Made by a program: the position numbers and the translations under genes. The notes below the pieces were generated by a model. It made no database searches and was not told the origin of the DNA. It worked only from the letters and a program-made list of their open reading frames with translations. A stretch of DNA of 64,000 bases from Acetobacteraceae bacterium. GTDB taxonomy: Bacteria > Pseudomonadota > Alphaproteobacteria > Acetobacterales > Acetobacteraceae. The DNA lies in the NCBI GenBank assembly GCA_965198565.1, contig OZ240665.1:4215514-4279513 (forward strand), given 5' to 3'. Of this stretch, positions 10,243 to 20,447 are shown in pieces. Each line of letters opens with the position of its first letter. Position 1 is the stretch's first letter.

Positions 10243-11496
10243 TCAGGCGTAACGGGCGAGGGATAGGTCCTCATACTCGATGTCGGGGCGGCGGGCGGAG
10301 ATTAGGTCGGCCAGAACGCGGGCCGAACCGCACGACATCGTCCAGCCTAAGGTGCCATGGCCGGTGTTCAGCGACAGGTTGGCCAGCTTGGTGGCGCCGA
10401 TGATGGGGGTGCCGTCGGGGGTCATCGGGCGCAGGCCGGTCCAAAAACTGGCCTTGCGCACGTCGCCGCCGCGGGGGAACAGGTTGCTCACCGAATAGGC
10501 CAGGGTCTTGCGGCGGGGCTCGGACAAGACGGAGCTGAAGCCGGCCAGCTCGGCGGTGCCGCCGACGCGGATGCGGTCGCCCAGGCGGGTGATGGCGACC
10601 TTGTAGGTCTCGTCCATGACGGTGGAGACGGGGGCCTCGGACTCCTGCTCGATCGGCACGGTGATGGAGTAGCCCTTGACCGGGTAGACCGGGATCTCGA
10701 TGCCGAGCGGGGCCAGCAGGCGGCGGGAGAAACTGCCCAGCGCCACGACGTAATGATCGGCGACATGGCGCTGGCCGCCGGCCAGCACGGCGGTGATGCG
10801 GCCGGCGTCGTGCTCGAGACGCTCGATCTGCACGCCATAGCGGAACTGCACGCCGCGTTCGGCGGCATAGGCGGCTAGCCGCTGGGTGAACTGGTGGGCG
10901 TCGCCGGTCTCGTCGCCGGGCAGGCGCAGGCCGCCGACGATGGCGGCCTCGGCACGGGCCAAGGCGGGCTCGGCGGCGATGCAGCCCGCCGGGTCCAGCA
11001 GCTCGTAGGGCACGCCGCGCTCGGCCAGCACGGCGGTGTCGTCGGCGACGTGGTCGAGCTGCTTCTGGGTGCGGAAGAGCTGCAGCGTGCCGCGCTGGCG
11101 GTCGTCGTAGTGCAGGCCGGTTTCGGCGCGCAGCGCGCGCAGGCCGTCGCGCGAGTATTCGGCCAGGCGGACCATGCGGGCCTTGTTCAGGTGGTAGGCG
11201 GCCTCGGTGCAGTTGCGCAGCATGAGGGCCATCCAGCGCCACATGAAGCCGTCCAGCATGGGGCGGATGACGAGCGGGCTGTGCTGCATCAGCATCCAGC
11301 GCATGGCCTTGAGCGGCACGCCGGGTCCGGCCCAAGGGGCGGAGTAGCCCGGCGAGACCTGGCCGGCATTGGCGAAGCTGGTCTCCATGCCGGCGGCGGG
11401 CTGGCGGTCCAGCACCAGCACCTCGTGGCCGGCCTGGTGCAGGTAGTAGGCGGAGGTCGTGCCCACCACGCCAGCGCCGAGAACGATGACTTTCAT
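10243..11496 (-). CDS. dadA: D-amino acid dehydrogenase
   Basis: [58 protein letters not shown]. Confidence 0.96.
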   Translation of the reverse strand: MKVIVLGAGVVGTTSAYYLHQAGHEVLVLDRQPAAGMETSFANAGQVSPGYSAPWAGPGVPLKAMRWMLMQHSPLVIRPMLDGFMWRWMALMLRNCTEAAYHLNKARMVRLAEYSRDGLRALRAETGLHYDDRQRGTLQLFRTQKQLDHVADDTAVLAERGVPYELLDPAGCIAAEPALARAEAAIVGGLRLPGDETGDAHQFTQRLAAYAAERGVQFRYGVQIERLEHDAGRITAVLAGGQRHVADHYVVALGSFSRRLLAPLGIEIPVYPVKGYSITVPIEQESEAPVSTVMDETYKVAITRLGDRIRVGGTAELAGFSSVLSEPRRKTLAYSVSNLFPRGGDVRKASFWTGLRPMTPDGTPIIGATKLANLSLNTGHGTLGWTMSCGSARVLADLISARRPDIEYEDLSLARYA

Positions 11497-11607
11497 TGCA
11501 CACAGGATGTCGCACGCTGGCTGGGCCTTGCAAGGCCGCGCCGCCCGCATTGCCGTTTGGGCGCCAGGGTGGCAGCGTAGTGCGGGCGGCTGAGGGGGGG
11601 GACGGCG

Positions 11608-12318
11608 ATGGCGGTGAGCAAGGTGTATCAGAACGCAACGGACGCTTTGGCCGGCGTGCTGAAGGACGGCATGACGATCATGTCGGGCGGGTTCGGGCTG
11701 TGCGGCATTCCCTCGGTGCTGATCGAGGCGATCCGGGAGTCGGGCGTGAAGGACCTGACCGTGGTGTCCAACAATGCCGGGATCGACGACGCCGGGCTGG
11801 GGCTGCTGCTGGTGAGCCGGCAAGTGCGCAAGATGGTCAGCTCGTATGTCGGCGAGAACCAGACCTTTGCCAAGCAATTCCTGGCGGGGGAGCTCGAGAT
11901 CGAGTTCAATCCGCAGGGCACGCTGGCCGAGCGGATTCGCGCGGGCGGGGCGGGCATTCCGGGCTTCTACACCGCGACGGGCGTGGGGACGGAGGCGGCG
12001 CAGGGCAAGGATGTGCGGCAGTTCGGCGGCCGGGACTACGTGCTGGAGACGGGGCTGGTGGCGGACCTGGCGATCGTGCACGCCTGGAAGGGCGACCCGG
12101 AGGGCAACCTCGTCTACCGGATGACGGCGCGCAACTTCAACCCGATCATGGCGGCGGCGGCGGCGGTGACGGTGGCGCAGGTGGAAGAGCTGGTGGAGCT
12201 GGGCTCGTTCAATCCGGACCACATCGTGACGCCGGGCATCTTCGTGCAGCGCGTGGTGCCGGTGCCGGGATTGGTCAAGCGCATCGAGCAGCGCACGACC
12301 CGCAAGCACGCAGCGTAA
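11608..12318 (+). CDS. scoA: 3-oxoacid CoA-transferase subunit A
   Basis: [38 protein letters not shown]. Confidence 0.92.
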   Translation: MAVSKVYQNATDALAGVLKDGMTIMSGGFGLCGIPSVLIEAIRESGVKDLTVVSNNAGIDDAGLGLLLVSRQVRKMVSSYVGENQTFAKQFLAGELEIEFNPQGTLAERIRAGGAGIPGFYTATGVGTEAAQGKDVRQFGGRDYVLETGLVADLAIVHAWKGDPEGNLVYRMTARNFNPIMAAAAAVTVAQVEELVELGSFNPDHIVTPGIFVQRVVPVPGLVKRIEQRTTRKHAA

Positions 12319-12330
12319 GGAGCCGCAAGA

Positions 12331-12984
12331 ATGGCCTGGACCCGCGACCAAATGGCTGCGCGCGCGGCGCAAGAGCTGGAGGACGGCTTCTACGTCAACC
12401 TGGGCATCGGGATACCGACGCTGGTGGCCAACCACATTCCGCCGGGCATGACGATCAAGCTGCACAGCGAAAATGGCATGATGGGCATGGGGCCGTTCCC
12501 CTATGAGGGCGAAGAGGACCCGGACCTGATCAATGCGGGCAAGCAGACGGTGACCACCCTGCCCTCGACCAGCTTCTTCGACAGTGCGGAGAGCTTCGCC
12601 ATGGTGCGGGGCGGGCACATCCAGCTCACCATCCTGGGCGCGCTGCAGGTGGCGGAGAATGGCGACCTGGCGAACTGGATGATCCCGGGGAAGATGGTGA
12701 AGGGCATGGGCGGCGCCATGGACCTGGTGGCCGGGGTGAAGCGGGTGGTGGTGCTGATGGAGCACGCGGCCAAGGATGGCTCGCCGAAGATCCTCAAGCA
12801 GTGCAACCTGCCGCTGACCGGGGCGGGGGTGGTGAACCTGGTGGTGAGCGACCTGGCGGTGTTCGACGTGGCGCGGCCGGGGCTGACGCTGGTGGATCTG
12901 GCGCCGGGCGTGACGCTGGACGAGGTGCGGGCGAAGACGGAGGCCGAGTTTGCCGTGCATGCGGGCCTGCGTCGCGATTCGTAG
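12331..12984 (+). CDS. scoB: 3-oxoacid CoA-transferase subunit B
   Basis: [13 protein letters not shown] catalytic Glu, GMGGAMDLV. Confidence 0.92.
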   Translation: MAWTRDQMAARAAQELEDGFYVNLGIGIPTLVANHIPPGMTIKLHSENGMMGMGPFPYEGEEDPDLINAGKQTVTTLPSTSFFDSAESFAMVRGGHIQLTILGALQVAENGDLANWMIPGKMVKGMGGAMDLVAGVKRVVVLMEHAAKDGSPKILKQCNLPLTGAGVVNLVVSDLAVFDVARPGLTLVDLAPGVTLDEVRAKTEAEFAVHAGLRRDS

Positions 12985-12985
12985 G

Positions 12986-13050
12986 TGTTGGTTGTCTGGC
13001 GACGCGTTGTTGGTTGTCTGGCGACGCGTTGTTGGTTGTCTGGCGACGCG
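12986..13050. repeat. 22-bp tandem repeat x3 (VNTR)
   Basis: tgttggttgtctggcgacgcgt repeated three times without spacers, between the scoB stop and tRNA-Ala. Confidence 0.95.
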
Positions 13051-13144
13051 GGGTCGTGCGGCGTGTGGTGGTGTTGGCGGGTTGAAGTTGGCGGCTGGGC
13101 GGCGTATTGAGCCGCCTCCGCGTTGCTAAGCCGCGCGGCCGGAT

Positions 13145-13220
13145 GGGGCCATAGCTCAGTTGGTAGAGCGCCTGAATGGCATTCAGGAGGTCAGCGGTTC
13201 GACCCCGCTTGGCTCCACCA
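13145..13220 (+). tRNA. tRNA-Ala (anticodon GGC)
   Basis: GGGGCCATAGCTCAG...CCTGA-ATGGCAT-TCAGG...GGTTCGA...GGCTCCACCA, 76 nt with encoded CCA. Confidence 0.97.
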
Positions 13221-13333
13221 TCGCGAACGATAGGTCCGTCAGAAGACCAGGCGCGGCAGGCCGGAACAACTGCGGCCTGGGAGCGCGAGAGGCCGATATT
13301 GCGGACGTGAGGCTCGTGAGGCGGTCTGGTGTG

Positions 13334-13894
13334 TCAGTACGGAGGGAGACGCGCTGTGCCATCCTGTGGCGGGAGCATGCGGTTTAACAGCCCATCGCGC
13401 CGCACCGCGACATGCCACGCGGTGGCAAACACGTGCAGCGCCACCAGCGCGTAGACCCCCCATTGTCCGAGCAGGTGGGCCGTTTTGGCGGCATCATCCA
13501 GGCTTTTGTTCTCTGGCAGCGCAGGAAGATCGAACAGCCCAAGATATGAGACCGGCTTGCCGCTGGCCGACTGCAAATAGCCGCTGACCGGCATCAGCAG
13601 CAGCAAGAGATAGAGCAGCCAATGGGTGACCCGCCCGACCCATTCCATCGCTTGGGACGTCCCGCCGGGCAGGGGCGGCGGAGGGTTCATGGCGCGCCAG
13701 GCGAGCCGCATGACCACAACGGCAAAGATCGTGACGCCCAGCGATCGGTGGATGACGAACAGCCAAGATCGCTCCGGGCTTGGTGCCAGGGAAACCACCA
13801 CCCAGGCGACCGGCAAGACCGCTAGGATCAGCAGCGCAGTGAGCCAATGCAGCGCCTGCGCCGTCAGGGTATAGCGGGAGCCTGCTTGGTTCAT
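13334..13894 (-). CDS. cytochrome b561 (CybB/YceJ family)
   Basis: YT..AQALHWL, HRSLG, THWLLY..LLLMPVSGY, HLLG, LHV..TAWH: heme-ligating His pattern. Confidence 0.9.
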   Translation of the reverse strand: MNQAGSRYTLTAQALHWLTALLILAVLPVAWVVVSLAPSPERSWLFVIHRSLGVTIFAVVVMRLAWRAMNPPPPLPGGTSQAMEWVGRVTHWLLYLLLLLMPVSGYLQSASGKPVSYLGLFDLPALPENKSLDDAAKTAHLLGQWGVYALVALHVFATAWHVAVRRDGLLNRMLPPQDGTARLPPY

Positions 13895-14195
13895 GGCGTG
13901 ATCTTGATAGCGTCCTCAGGTTGCATGAAATGAATCGACTGACTCTAGCGGGGCGCAATCATGGGCGCCAGGGGGCTCGCAAGCACCGACGCCCCAGGTG
14001 AATTTTCTGCAACCATTGGCGGCAGGACCGTGTACACGGCCCGCAAGACCTGCACGCTCCCCCAGTGGAAACCTTAATCATGCCCAAACCCGCGTAGAAT
14101 GCCGCCATCACCCAGTCGCTGGGCACCAACAACGCGGCACCCGGCTGTAAGGCCATGATGGTCGCCGGCGTTATGGACTGCGAGGTCCACTCGGT

Positions 14196-15437
14196 ATGCT
14201 GGGGGCAATGAGGCGGTGGGGTGGTCTGACGCTGTTGCTGCTCAGTGTCGTGCCTCTCCTGCTCAGTGTCGTGCCTCCGGCGCAAGCTGGCGGGCGGACG
14301 CTTCATGACGCGATTGCCGAAGCCTGGTCGAGGGAACCTGGACGCGCCAATTTCCAGGCCCGTCAAGCCACGGCAGCCGCCAACAATCGGGCTGGCGCCG
14401 CCCTCGTGCCGAACGCGCCGACGGCAACAGGCAGCTACGTCAACGACAGGATTGCCGGCAGCAATTACAACTACATAACGTCACAGGTGGAAGTCAGCAC
14501 GCCGGTGTGGTTGCCTGGCGAGGGGACAGCAACCCAGCATGCGGCGCAGGCTGACGCCGCGGCGGCGTCGGCCAGTGCCGAGGCGGCGCATCTCGACGTG
14601 GCGAAACAGGTCATCAGCCTGGTCGCGAATGCCAGGTTGGCGGCGGACGCGCGGGACGTGGCGGCCCGTCAGGTGATGATCGATCAAACCCTCGGCCGGG
14701 ACCTGCAACGCCAAGTGTCCGTCGGGGAAACCGCGCAAAGCGACCTGCTCGCTGCAGATGCCGAGACGGCGAGTGCGACCATTCGACTGAACGACGCGCA
14801 AGCGCAGCTCGAGGCAGCGCTGATCCAACTTGCGGCCGTGACCGGCTCCCGCGAGCTGCCGTCGCTCAGCGTGGCCGCTTTGCCGGCGAACACCGAAGCG
14901 GACGCGATCGCCAGCAACCCACTGCTTGCGGCAGCGGAGCAGGCGGTGACGGCGGCGCGAGCGCGAGCGCGGTTGGTTGACATACAGGATCGAGACGACC
15001 CCGAGATCGGCCTCGAAGGCATCAACGAAAAACAGCCGGGCACACGATGGGACACGCGTTTCGGCGTCACGTTCACGTTCCATTTCGCGACGGAGGCTCG
15101 CAACGCACCGCGCCGGGCCGCAGCGGAACAGGCCGTCACCGCGGCGACCGTGCAGGCGGCTTTGCTCCGCCGGGAGCTGATCGCGGCGCTCCAACTCGCG
15201 GCGGCAACCAAGGACAATGCAGCGCGGACCGTTCAGGCTGCTGAGCGTGGGGCAGTCGCGCTCGACCGCCGCCGGGTGCAGGTCGAGCAGGCCTGGCGCC
15301 TGGGCGAGATGCCGTTCATCGAGTTCCTGCGCGCCAACGTGCAGGCGCTCGATGCCGATCTGACACGCAGGAGAGCTCGGACCAGCCTGCAGCTTGCGCA
15401 GGTGCAGCTCGCCATCGCTGCCGGAGTGATCCCATGA
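14196..15437 (+). CDS. TolC/CzcC-family outer membrane efflux protein
   Basis: Signal peptide, helical Ala-rich body, first gene of a CBA-ordered RND operon; start may be 14208. Confidence 0.8.
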   Translation: MLGAMRRWGGLTLLLLSVVPLLLSVVPPAQAGGRTLHDAIAEAWSREPGRANFQARQATAAANNRAGAALVPNAPTATGSYVNDRIAGSNYNYITSQVEVSTPVWLPGEGTATQHAAQADAAAASASAEAAHLDVAKQVISLVANARLAADARDVAARQVMIDQTLGRDLQRQVSVGETAQSDLLAADAETASATIRLNDAQAQLEAALIQLAAVTGSRELPSLSVAALPANTEADAIASNPLLAAAEQAVTAARARARLVDIQDRDDPEIGLEGINEKQPGTRWDTRFGVTFTFHFATEARNAPRRAAAEQAVTAATVQAALLRRELIAALQLAAATKDNAARTVQAAERGAVALDRRRVQVEQAWRLGEMPFIEFLRANVQALDADLTRRRARTSLQLAQVQLAIAAGVIP

Positions 15438-16576
15438 AGCAAGCCCGCTGTTTGCCCTGGCAAGTCGCGGCTGCGCTGCTGCTCGCTGGCCCCGCCATGG
15501 CCGCCGATCCGCCCGGCCTGGTGCACATGAGTGCGGAGCAGCAGAAAACCGTCAGCCTGCATCTGGCAGCGGCCGAGCGCCGCCCGATCAGTGAGCCGGT
15601 GCGCGTGACGGGAAACGTGGCCTACGAACCGAGCCATGTCGCCATCCTGCGGTCATTCGGCGAGGCCCGGCTGACCCGCGTGATGGTCGAGCCCGGGGAT
15701 GTCGCGGCCGCCGGGCAAGTGATCGCCGAACTCGAGATGCCAAGCTTGCTCACGGCTGAGCAGGATCTCCTCGCCGGGCAAGCCTCCTCGAAGGAGGCAG
15801 ATGCTGCCGTAGCCGTGGCCCGCGCCGCGCTGGCCCGCGCCAACACGCTGGTCAAGGGCGGGTCGTTCGCCCAGGCCGAGGCCGACCGGCGGCGCTTGGT
15901 GCTGGCGCAGGCCGAGGCAAGCAAGGAGGTGGCATCCGCCAGGGAGGCTGCCTTGCGGACGGCAGTAGCCAGGCTCGGGCCACTCGGCACGTCCGGCATG
16001 GCAGGCCTGCGTTCGCCACTTTCCGGCATCTTCATTGCTGTGGACGCAACCTCGGGCGAAGTGGTCGAGGGCGGCCGCAGTTTGATAACGGTTGCCGATC
16101 TCTCGACGGTCCTCGTGCTCGCCAACGTGCCGGAACGCAGCGCCGCCGAAGTCTCGGTCAACGACCCGGCGCAGATCAGCCTGCCCGAGGCAGGCCGGGT
16201 CTGGACTGGCCGCGTCGCCACTTTGGCCGCGGCGCTCGATCCGCAGGCTCGCACTCTCCCGGTGCGCATCCCGGTCGCCAATCCGGATGGCGCCCTGCGC
16301 GTCGGCATGTTCGCGGACGTGACAATCACCAGCATGCGTGGCCGGGACGCCGTGACGGTGCCCACCTCGGCGGTGCAGCTCGTGGCGGACAAGCACGTCG
16401 TCTTCACCCCGGCCGGGGGCGACGGCTTCCAGAGTCACGACGTCCAGCTCGGTGTGCAGCAACCCGACTGGGATGAAATCCTGGGTGGCGCGATCAAACC
16501 CGGCGCGCCGGTGGTCACCGACGGCAGTTTCGACCTGAAGGCGCTCCTGCAGAAATCGATGCTCGGCGGAGGCTGA
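15434..16576 (+). CDS. RND efflux periplasmic adaptor (CzcB/CusB family)
   Basis: LRSPLSGI..V....GEVV, VADLSTV, LDPQARTLPVR, LRVGMFA; ATGA overlap with TolC. Confidence 0.9.
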   Translation: MKQARCLPWQVAAALLLAGPAMAADPPGLVHMSAEQQKTVSLHLAAAERRPISEPVRVTGNVAYEPSHVAILRSFGEARLTRVMVEPGDVAAAGQVIAELEMPSLLTAEQDLLAGQASSKEADAAVAVARAALARANTLVKGGSFAQAEADRRRLVLAQAEASKEVASAREAALRTAVARLGPLGTSGMAGLRSPLSGIFIAVDATSGEVVEGGRSLITVADLSTVLVLANVPERSAAEVSVNDPAQISLPEAGRVWTGRVATLAAALDPQARTLPVRIPVANPDGALRVGMFADVTITSMRGRDAVTVPTSAVQLVADKHVVFTPAGGDGFQSHDVQLGVQQPDWDEILGGAIKPGAPVVTDGSFDLKALLQKSMLGGG

Positions 16577-16580
16577 CCGG

Positions 16581-19500
16581 GTGCAGCGTTTCTTTGCCGC
16601 CATCGTGGCGCAGCGATGGCTGGTGATCGTCCTGGCTGCGGCGCTGGTGGCAGGCGGCTGGTTCAACCTGCAGCAACTCGCCATCGACGCGGTTCCGGAC
16701 ATCTCGCCAAAGCAGGTGATGATCCTGACTGAAGCGACCGGGCTGGGTCCGCTGGAGGTGGAGCGTCTCGTCACCATCCCGATCGAGATGCAAATGACGG
16801 GCTTGCCGCTGCTGGCGGACGTGCGCTCCACGTCCCGCTTCGGCCTGTCCGCCGTCTACGTGACTTTCGATGACAGCGCGGACGTGCAGGTAGCCCGTGG
16901 GCAAGTGTTCGAGCAGTTGCAGCAGGCCAAGGACGCCATGCCGCCCGGCGTCGGCACGCCGCAGGAAGCGCCGTTCGCGACCGGGCTCGGCGAGATCCTG
17001 GAATTCGAGCTGCGCGGGCCTGGCTTTACGCCGATGCAGCTCTACGAGACGCTGCAATACAAGATCGTGCCCCAACTCCGCCTCGTCCCGGGCATCGTGG
17101 CGGTGGACGTTTACGGCGGCGAGCTACCGACCTACGACGTCCAGGTCGACCCCGATCGGCTCCGGGCCGTGGGGCTCAGTCTGACCGACGTATTTTCCGC
17201 GCTGCAGGCCAACAACGCCGCCCGCGGTGGCGCCGCGATCGAGCGCCACGACGAGCAGCAGATCGTCCGCGGCCTGGCTCTGGCGAGCAGCAAGGCCGAC
17301 ATCGCCGCCATCGTGCTCAAGGCCGCCGTGGGCGGCGTGCCAGTGACGGTGGGCGATGTTGGAACCGTCACCATGGCGCCCAAAGCCCGGCTCGGCGCCG
17401 TGACGCATGATGGCGCCGGTGAGACCATCCTGGGTGTCGCCGACATGCAGTATGGCCTGAATGCCAGCGGGGTGCTCGGTCCGCTCAAGGCGAAGCTGGC
17501 CGAGGTGCAGAAAACTCTACCGCCGGGCATGGAAATGGTGCCGTTCTACGACCGTTCGGACCTGATCCACCGCGCCATCGACACGGTCACGCACAACCTG
17601 GTCGAGGGCGCCTTGTTGGTGATCGGCATCCTGCTGCTCATGTTGGGCGGGATCCGCGCCGGGCTGATCGTGGCGGCCGTGATCCCGGCATCCATGATGA
17701 TTGCCTTCGCGGGCATGCGCGCCTTCGGCATCTCCGGCAACTTGATGAGCCTTGGCGCCATCGACTTCGGCCTGATCGTGGACGGCGCCGTGGTGCTGGT
17801 CGAGAACGTGCTGCGACGGCAGTCGGAAGCGGGCGAAGGGGAGACAGCGCCCGCGCGCATCGTGCCCGGCGCTGCGGCCGAGGTCGCCCGGCCGGTCGCT
17901 TTCTCGGTCGCCATCATCCTGATGATCTACCTGCCGGTGCTGACCCTGCAAAGCGTGGAGGGCAAGACGTTCCGGCCGATGGCGGAGACGGTGATGATCG
18001 CGCTCGCCGGGGCGCTGTTCGTGACCATGCTGGCCGTCCCCGCACTGGCCGCCGCCTTGCTCAGCAGCAAGCCCGCCAAGCGCGACACTGTCCTGGTACG
18101 TTGGGCACGGCGCAGCTACACGCCGGTGCTGGACCGCGCGATGAAGCACCCCTGGCTGACAGCAGGACTGGCGGCGGCCCTGTTCGCCGGGTCGGTGTTC
18201 CTGGCGACGCGGCTTGGCGGCGAGTTCATCCCGCAACTGTCGGAAGGGGCGATCGTCGTCACGTCCAACAAGCTGCCGTCGATCAACCTCGATGCGTCGC
18301 TGCAGACCGTCACCGAGATCGAGCGCGTCATCCGCAGCTTTCCGGACGTCCAGACGGTGGTTTCGCAGACCGGGAGCGCCGCCACGCCCACCGACCCCAT
18401 GGGCGTGGAGAGCACCGACAGCTACGTGATCCTCAAGCCGCAAAGCCAATGGACAACGGCGAGCACGCAGCAGGGGATCCGCGACGCCATCGAGAAGAAG
18501 GTCAAGGCCGCCATTCCCGGCCCGGATTTCGAGTTCTCGCAGCCGATCGAGATGCGCATGGACGACCTGCTGCAGGGCGTGCGCACGCCGGTCTCGCTGA
18601 CCTTCTACGGCCAGGACCTCGCAACACTGACGAAGCTGGCCGACCAAGCCGAAGACGTGATCGGCAAGATCAAGGGGGCAGGCGATGTGCAGGCGCAGCC
18701 CCTGGGCGGGTTGCCCGCGCTCACCATCCGCATCGACCGCGCCCGCCTCGCGCGCTTCGGCATCAACGCGCAGGACGCGCTGGCTGTGGTGGCAGCGATC
18801 GGCGGCAGCCAAGTCGGCACGGTGTATGGCCCAGGCAACGACGAGACGCCGATCCAGGTCCGCATTCCGCCCGAGATGCGGGCGGACATGGAGCGGATCC
18901 GCGCCTTGCCGGTCGGGCTTGGCAATGGCGGTTCGGTCACGCTCGCCGACGTCGCCGACATCTCGGTGGCCGACGGGCCCTCGCAGGTGCTGCGCGACAA
19001 GCTCGAACGCAAGATCGACGTCGAGATCGACGTCCAAGGCAGGGATGTCCAGAGTTTCGTCGCCGACGCGCAGAAAGCCGTGGCGGCCGGGATCAAACTG
19101 CCCCCGGAATACACGATGGAATGGAGCGGGCAGTTTCAGAACCTGCGGAGTGCCTCGGCGCGGTTGAGCCTCGTGGTGCCGGGCGTGCTGGCGATCGTCG
19201 CGTTGATGCTGTTCATCCATTTCGGCAGCCTCAGGCTGATGGCGCTCATCCTGCTGAACATTCCGATGGCGGCGACGGGCGGGATCGTGGCCCTGACACT
19301 GAGGGGGATGCCGTTCAGCGTGACGGCCGCCATCGGCTTCATCTCGACCTTCGGCATCGCGATCTTGGATGGCACGGTTCTGGTGAGCTACATCGAGGAA
19401 GAGCGTGCGTCCGGCGCTAGCCCGGCGAAGGCCGCACGGGACGCGGCGGAGAAGCGGCTGCGCCCTGTCCTGACCACGGCGCTGGTGGCGTCGATCGGGT

Positions 19501-19727
19501 TCGTGCCCATGGCCGTCTCGACCAGCGCGGGAGCCGAGGTGCAACGCCCACTTGCCACCGTCGTGATCGGAGGCCTGATCACCGCGACCTTCCTGACCCT
19601 GCTTGTGCTGCCATCGCTGTATCCGCGCATCGTCGGCGCGCGGTCGGCTTCCTCGAACAGCCCCGGCGATGGGGGCGCCAAAGCGGCAGCAACGTCCGAC
19701 CCAGAGCCGCATGCGCCAAGTCCGTAG
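16581..19727 (+). CDS. czcA: heavy-metal efflux RND transporter, CzcA/CusA family
   Basis: IDAVPDIS, GNLMSLGAIDFGLIVDGAVVLVEN, RLRPVLTTALVASIGFVPMA..GAEVQRPLATVVIGG. Confidence 0.93.
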   Translation: MQRFFAAIVAQRWLVIVLAAALVAGGWFNLQQLAIDAVPDISPKQVMILTEATGLGPLEVERLVTIPIEMQMTGLPLLADVRSTSRFGLSAVYVTFDDSADVQVARGQVFEQLQQAKDAMPPGVGTPQEAPFATGLGEILEFELRGPGFTPMQLYETLQYKIVPQLRLVPGIVAVDVYGGELPTYDVQVDPDRLRAVGLSLTDVFSALQANNAARGGAAIERHDEQQIVRGLALASSKADIAAIVLKAAVGGVPVTVGDVGTVTMAPKARLGAVTHDGAGETILGVADMQYGLNASGVLGPLKAKLAEVQKTLPPGMEMVPFYDRSDLIHRAIDTVTHNLVEGALLVIGILLLMLGGIRAGLIVAAVIPASMMIAFAGMRAFGISGNLMSLGAIDFGLIVDGAVVLVENVLRRQSEAGEGETAPARIVPGAAAEVARPVAFSVAIILMIYLPVLTLQSVEGKTFRPMAETVMIALAGALFVTMLAVPALAAALLSSKPAKRDTVLVRWARRSYTPVLDRAMKHPWLTAGLAAALFAGSVFLATRLGGEFIPQLSEGAIVVTSNKLPSINLDASLQTVTEIERVIRSFPDVQTVVSQTGSAATPTDPMGVESTDSYVILKPQSQWTTASTQQGIRDAIEKKVKAAIPGPDFEFSQPIEMRMDDLLQGVRTPVSLTFYGQDLATLTKLADQAEDVIGKIKGAGDVQAQPLGGLPALTIRIDRARLARFGINAQDALAVVAAIGGSQVGTVYGPGNDETPIQVRIPPEMRADMERIRALPVGLGNGGSVTLADVADISVADGPSQVLRDKLERKIDVEIDVQGRDVQSFVADAQKAVAAGIKLPPEYTMEWSGQFQNLRSASARLSLVVPGVLAIVALMLFIHFGSLRLMALILLNIPMAATGGIVALTLRGMPFSVTAAIGFISTFGIAILDGTVLVSYIEEERASGASPAKAARDAAEKRLRPVLTTALVASIGFVPMAVSTSAGAEVQRPLATVVIGGLITATFLTLLVLPSLYPRIVGARSASSNSPGDGGAKAAATSDPEPHAPSP

Positions 19728-19729
19728 TT

Positions 19730-19836
19730 CTAGAGCATGATTGCTTCTGATAGGCGAAGCGATCATGCTCTAACTCTTTGTTTGAGAGGCTGATTCACGC
19801 ATCAGGTTGTTTCAACCTGATGCGATCAGGCTCTAG
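19730..19836. repeat. CIR/RIME-like 107-bp palindromic element
   Basis: CTAGAGC...GCTCTAG termini, two internal hairpins (agagcatga..tcatgctct; cgcatcaggttg..caacctgatgcg) and a GATTC (GANTC) site. Confidence 0.85.
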
Positions 19837-19993
19837 CGCGCCTCAGGCTGACCAACGTGGCATCGATTAGCAATTGCAGCTCCGCTCCCGTCACTGTTTG
19901 ATGATCACCCTGCTTGTTGGTAACGAGAGGCGTTAGACGAAGCCGATATCGAGATCCAGTCCCAAAGCGGTTGGTGCTGGTGAAGCAGGGCGC

Positions 19994-20447
19994 GTGGATA
20001 CTTCACTCAACCGGCGCGGTATCCTGAAGCTCGGTGGACCTGCGGCTACAGCTCGTCTTCCATCCTTCGTCCGATCGGCTGCGGCGCAGGCGGCATCCGC
20101 TCCACCCTCCCGTCTTCGCCCTACGCCGCCGATGGCAGCCTTAACCGGTGGACCATCAACGGCGCGGCCTATGCGGACACCATGGTGATGGTCGAGCCAA
20201 TGCTCCGGTCGCCCAGGAGCGGCGCTATCGGCTGCGCAGGCGCAACACCAGCGACGACATCCACCCGATCCACCTGCACCGGCACAGCTTCGAGATGATC
20301 CGCACCGCTGACAGACCTCCATCCGGCGTGATAGATGTGGCAATCGCGTTGACCGGTTTCCTGCTGCTGGAGCACGGGCGTGTGCCGCCACTCGCCATTG
20401 TTGGTTTCTGCGTTGTTGCCGCTCTCGTTTCGGCGTCAGTGACATGA
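19994..20447 (+). pseudogene. decayed multicopper oxidase remnant joined to a ChrA-like C-terminal fragment
   Basis: Tat peptide LNRRGILKLGG (frame of 19994), RWTING (frame of 20149), RYRL..N.SDDIHPIHLHRHSFE (frame of 20148), then DVAIALTGFLLL..RVPPLAIV. Confidence 0.75.

Noticed and set aside
12986-13050. Possible CRISPR array
   Set aside because: Repeats are contiguous with no spacers and there are no cas genes; the dispersed REP-like copies are also not regularly spaced.
13959-14366. ORF upstream of TolC as a metal-binding accessory protein
   Set aside because: Overlaps TolC antisense, has no RBS or motif; no convincing small His/Cys protein in any frame.
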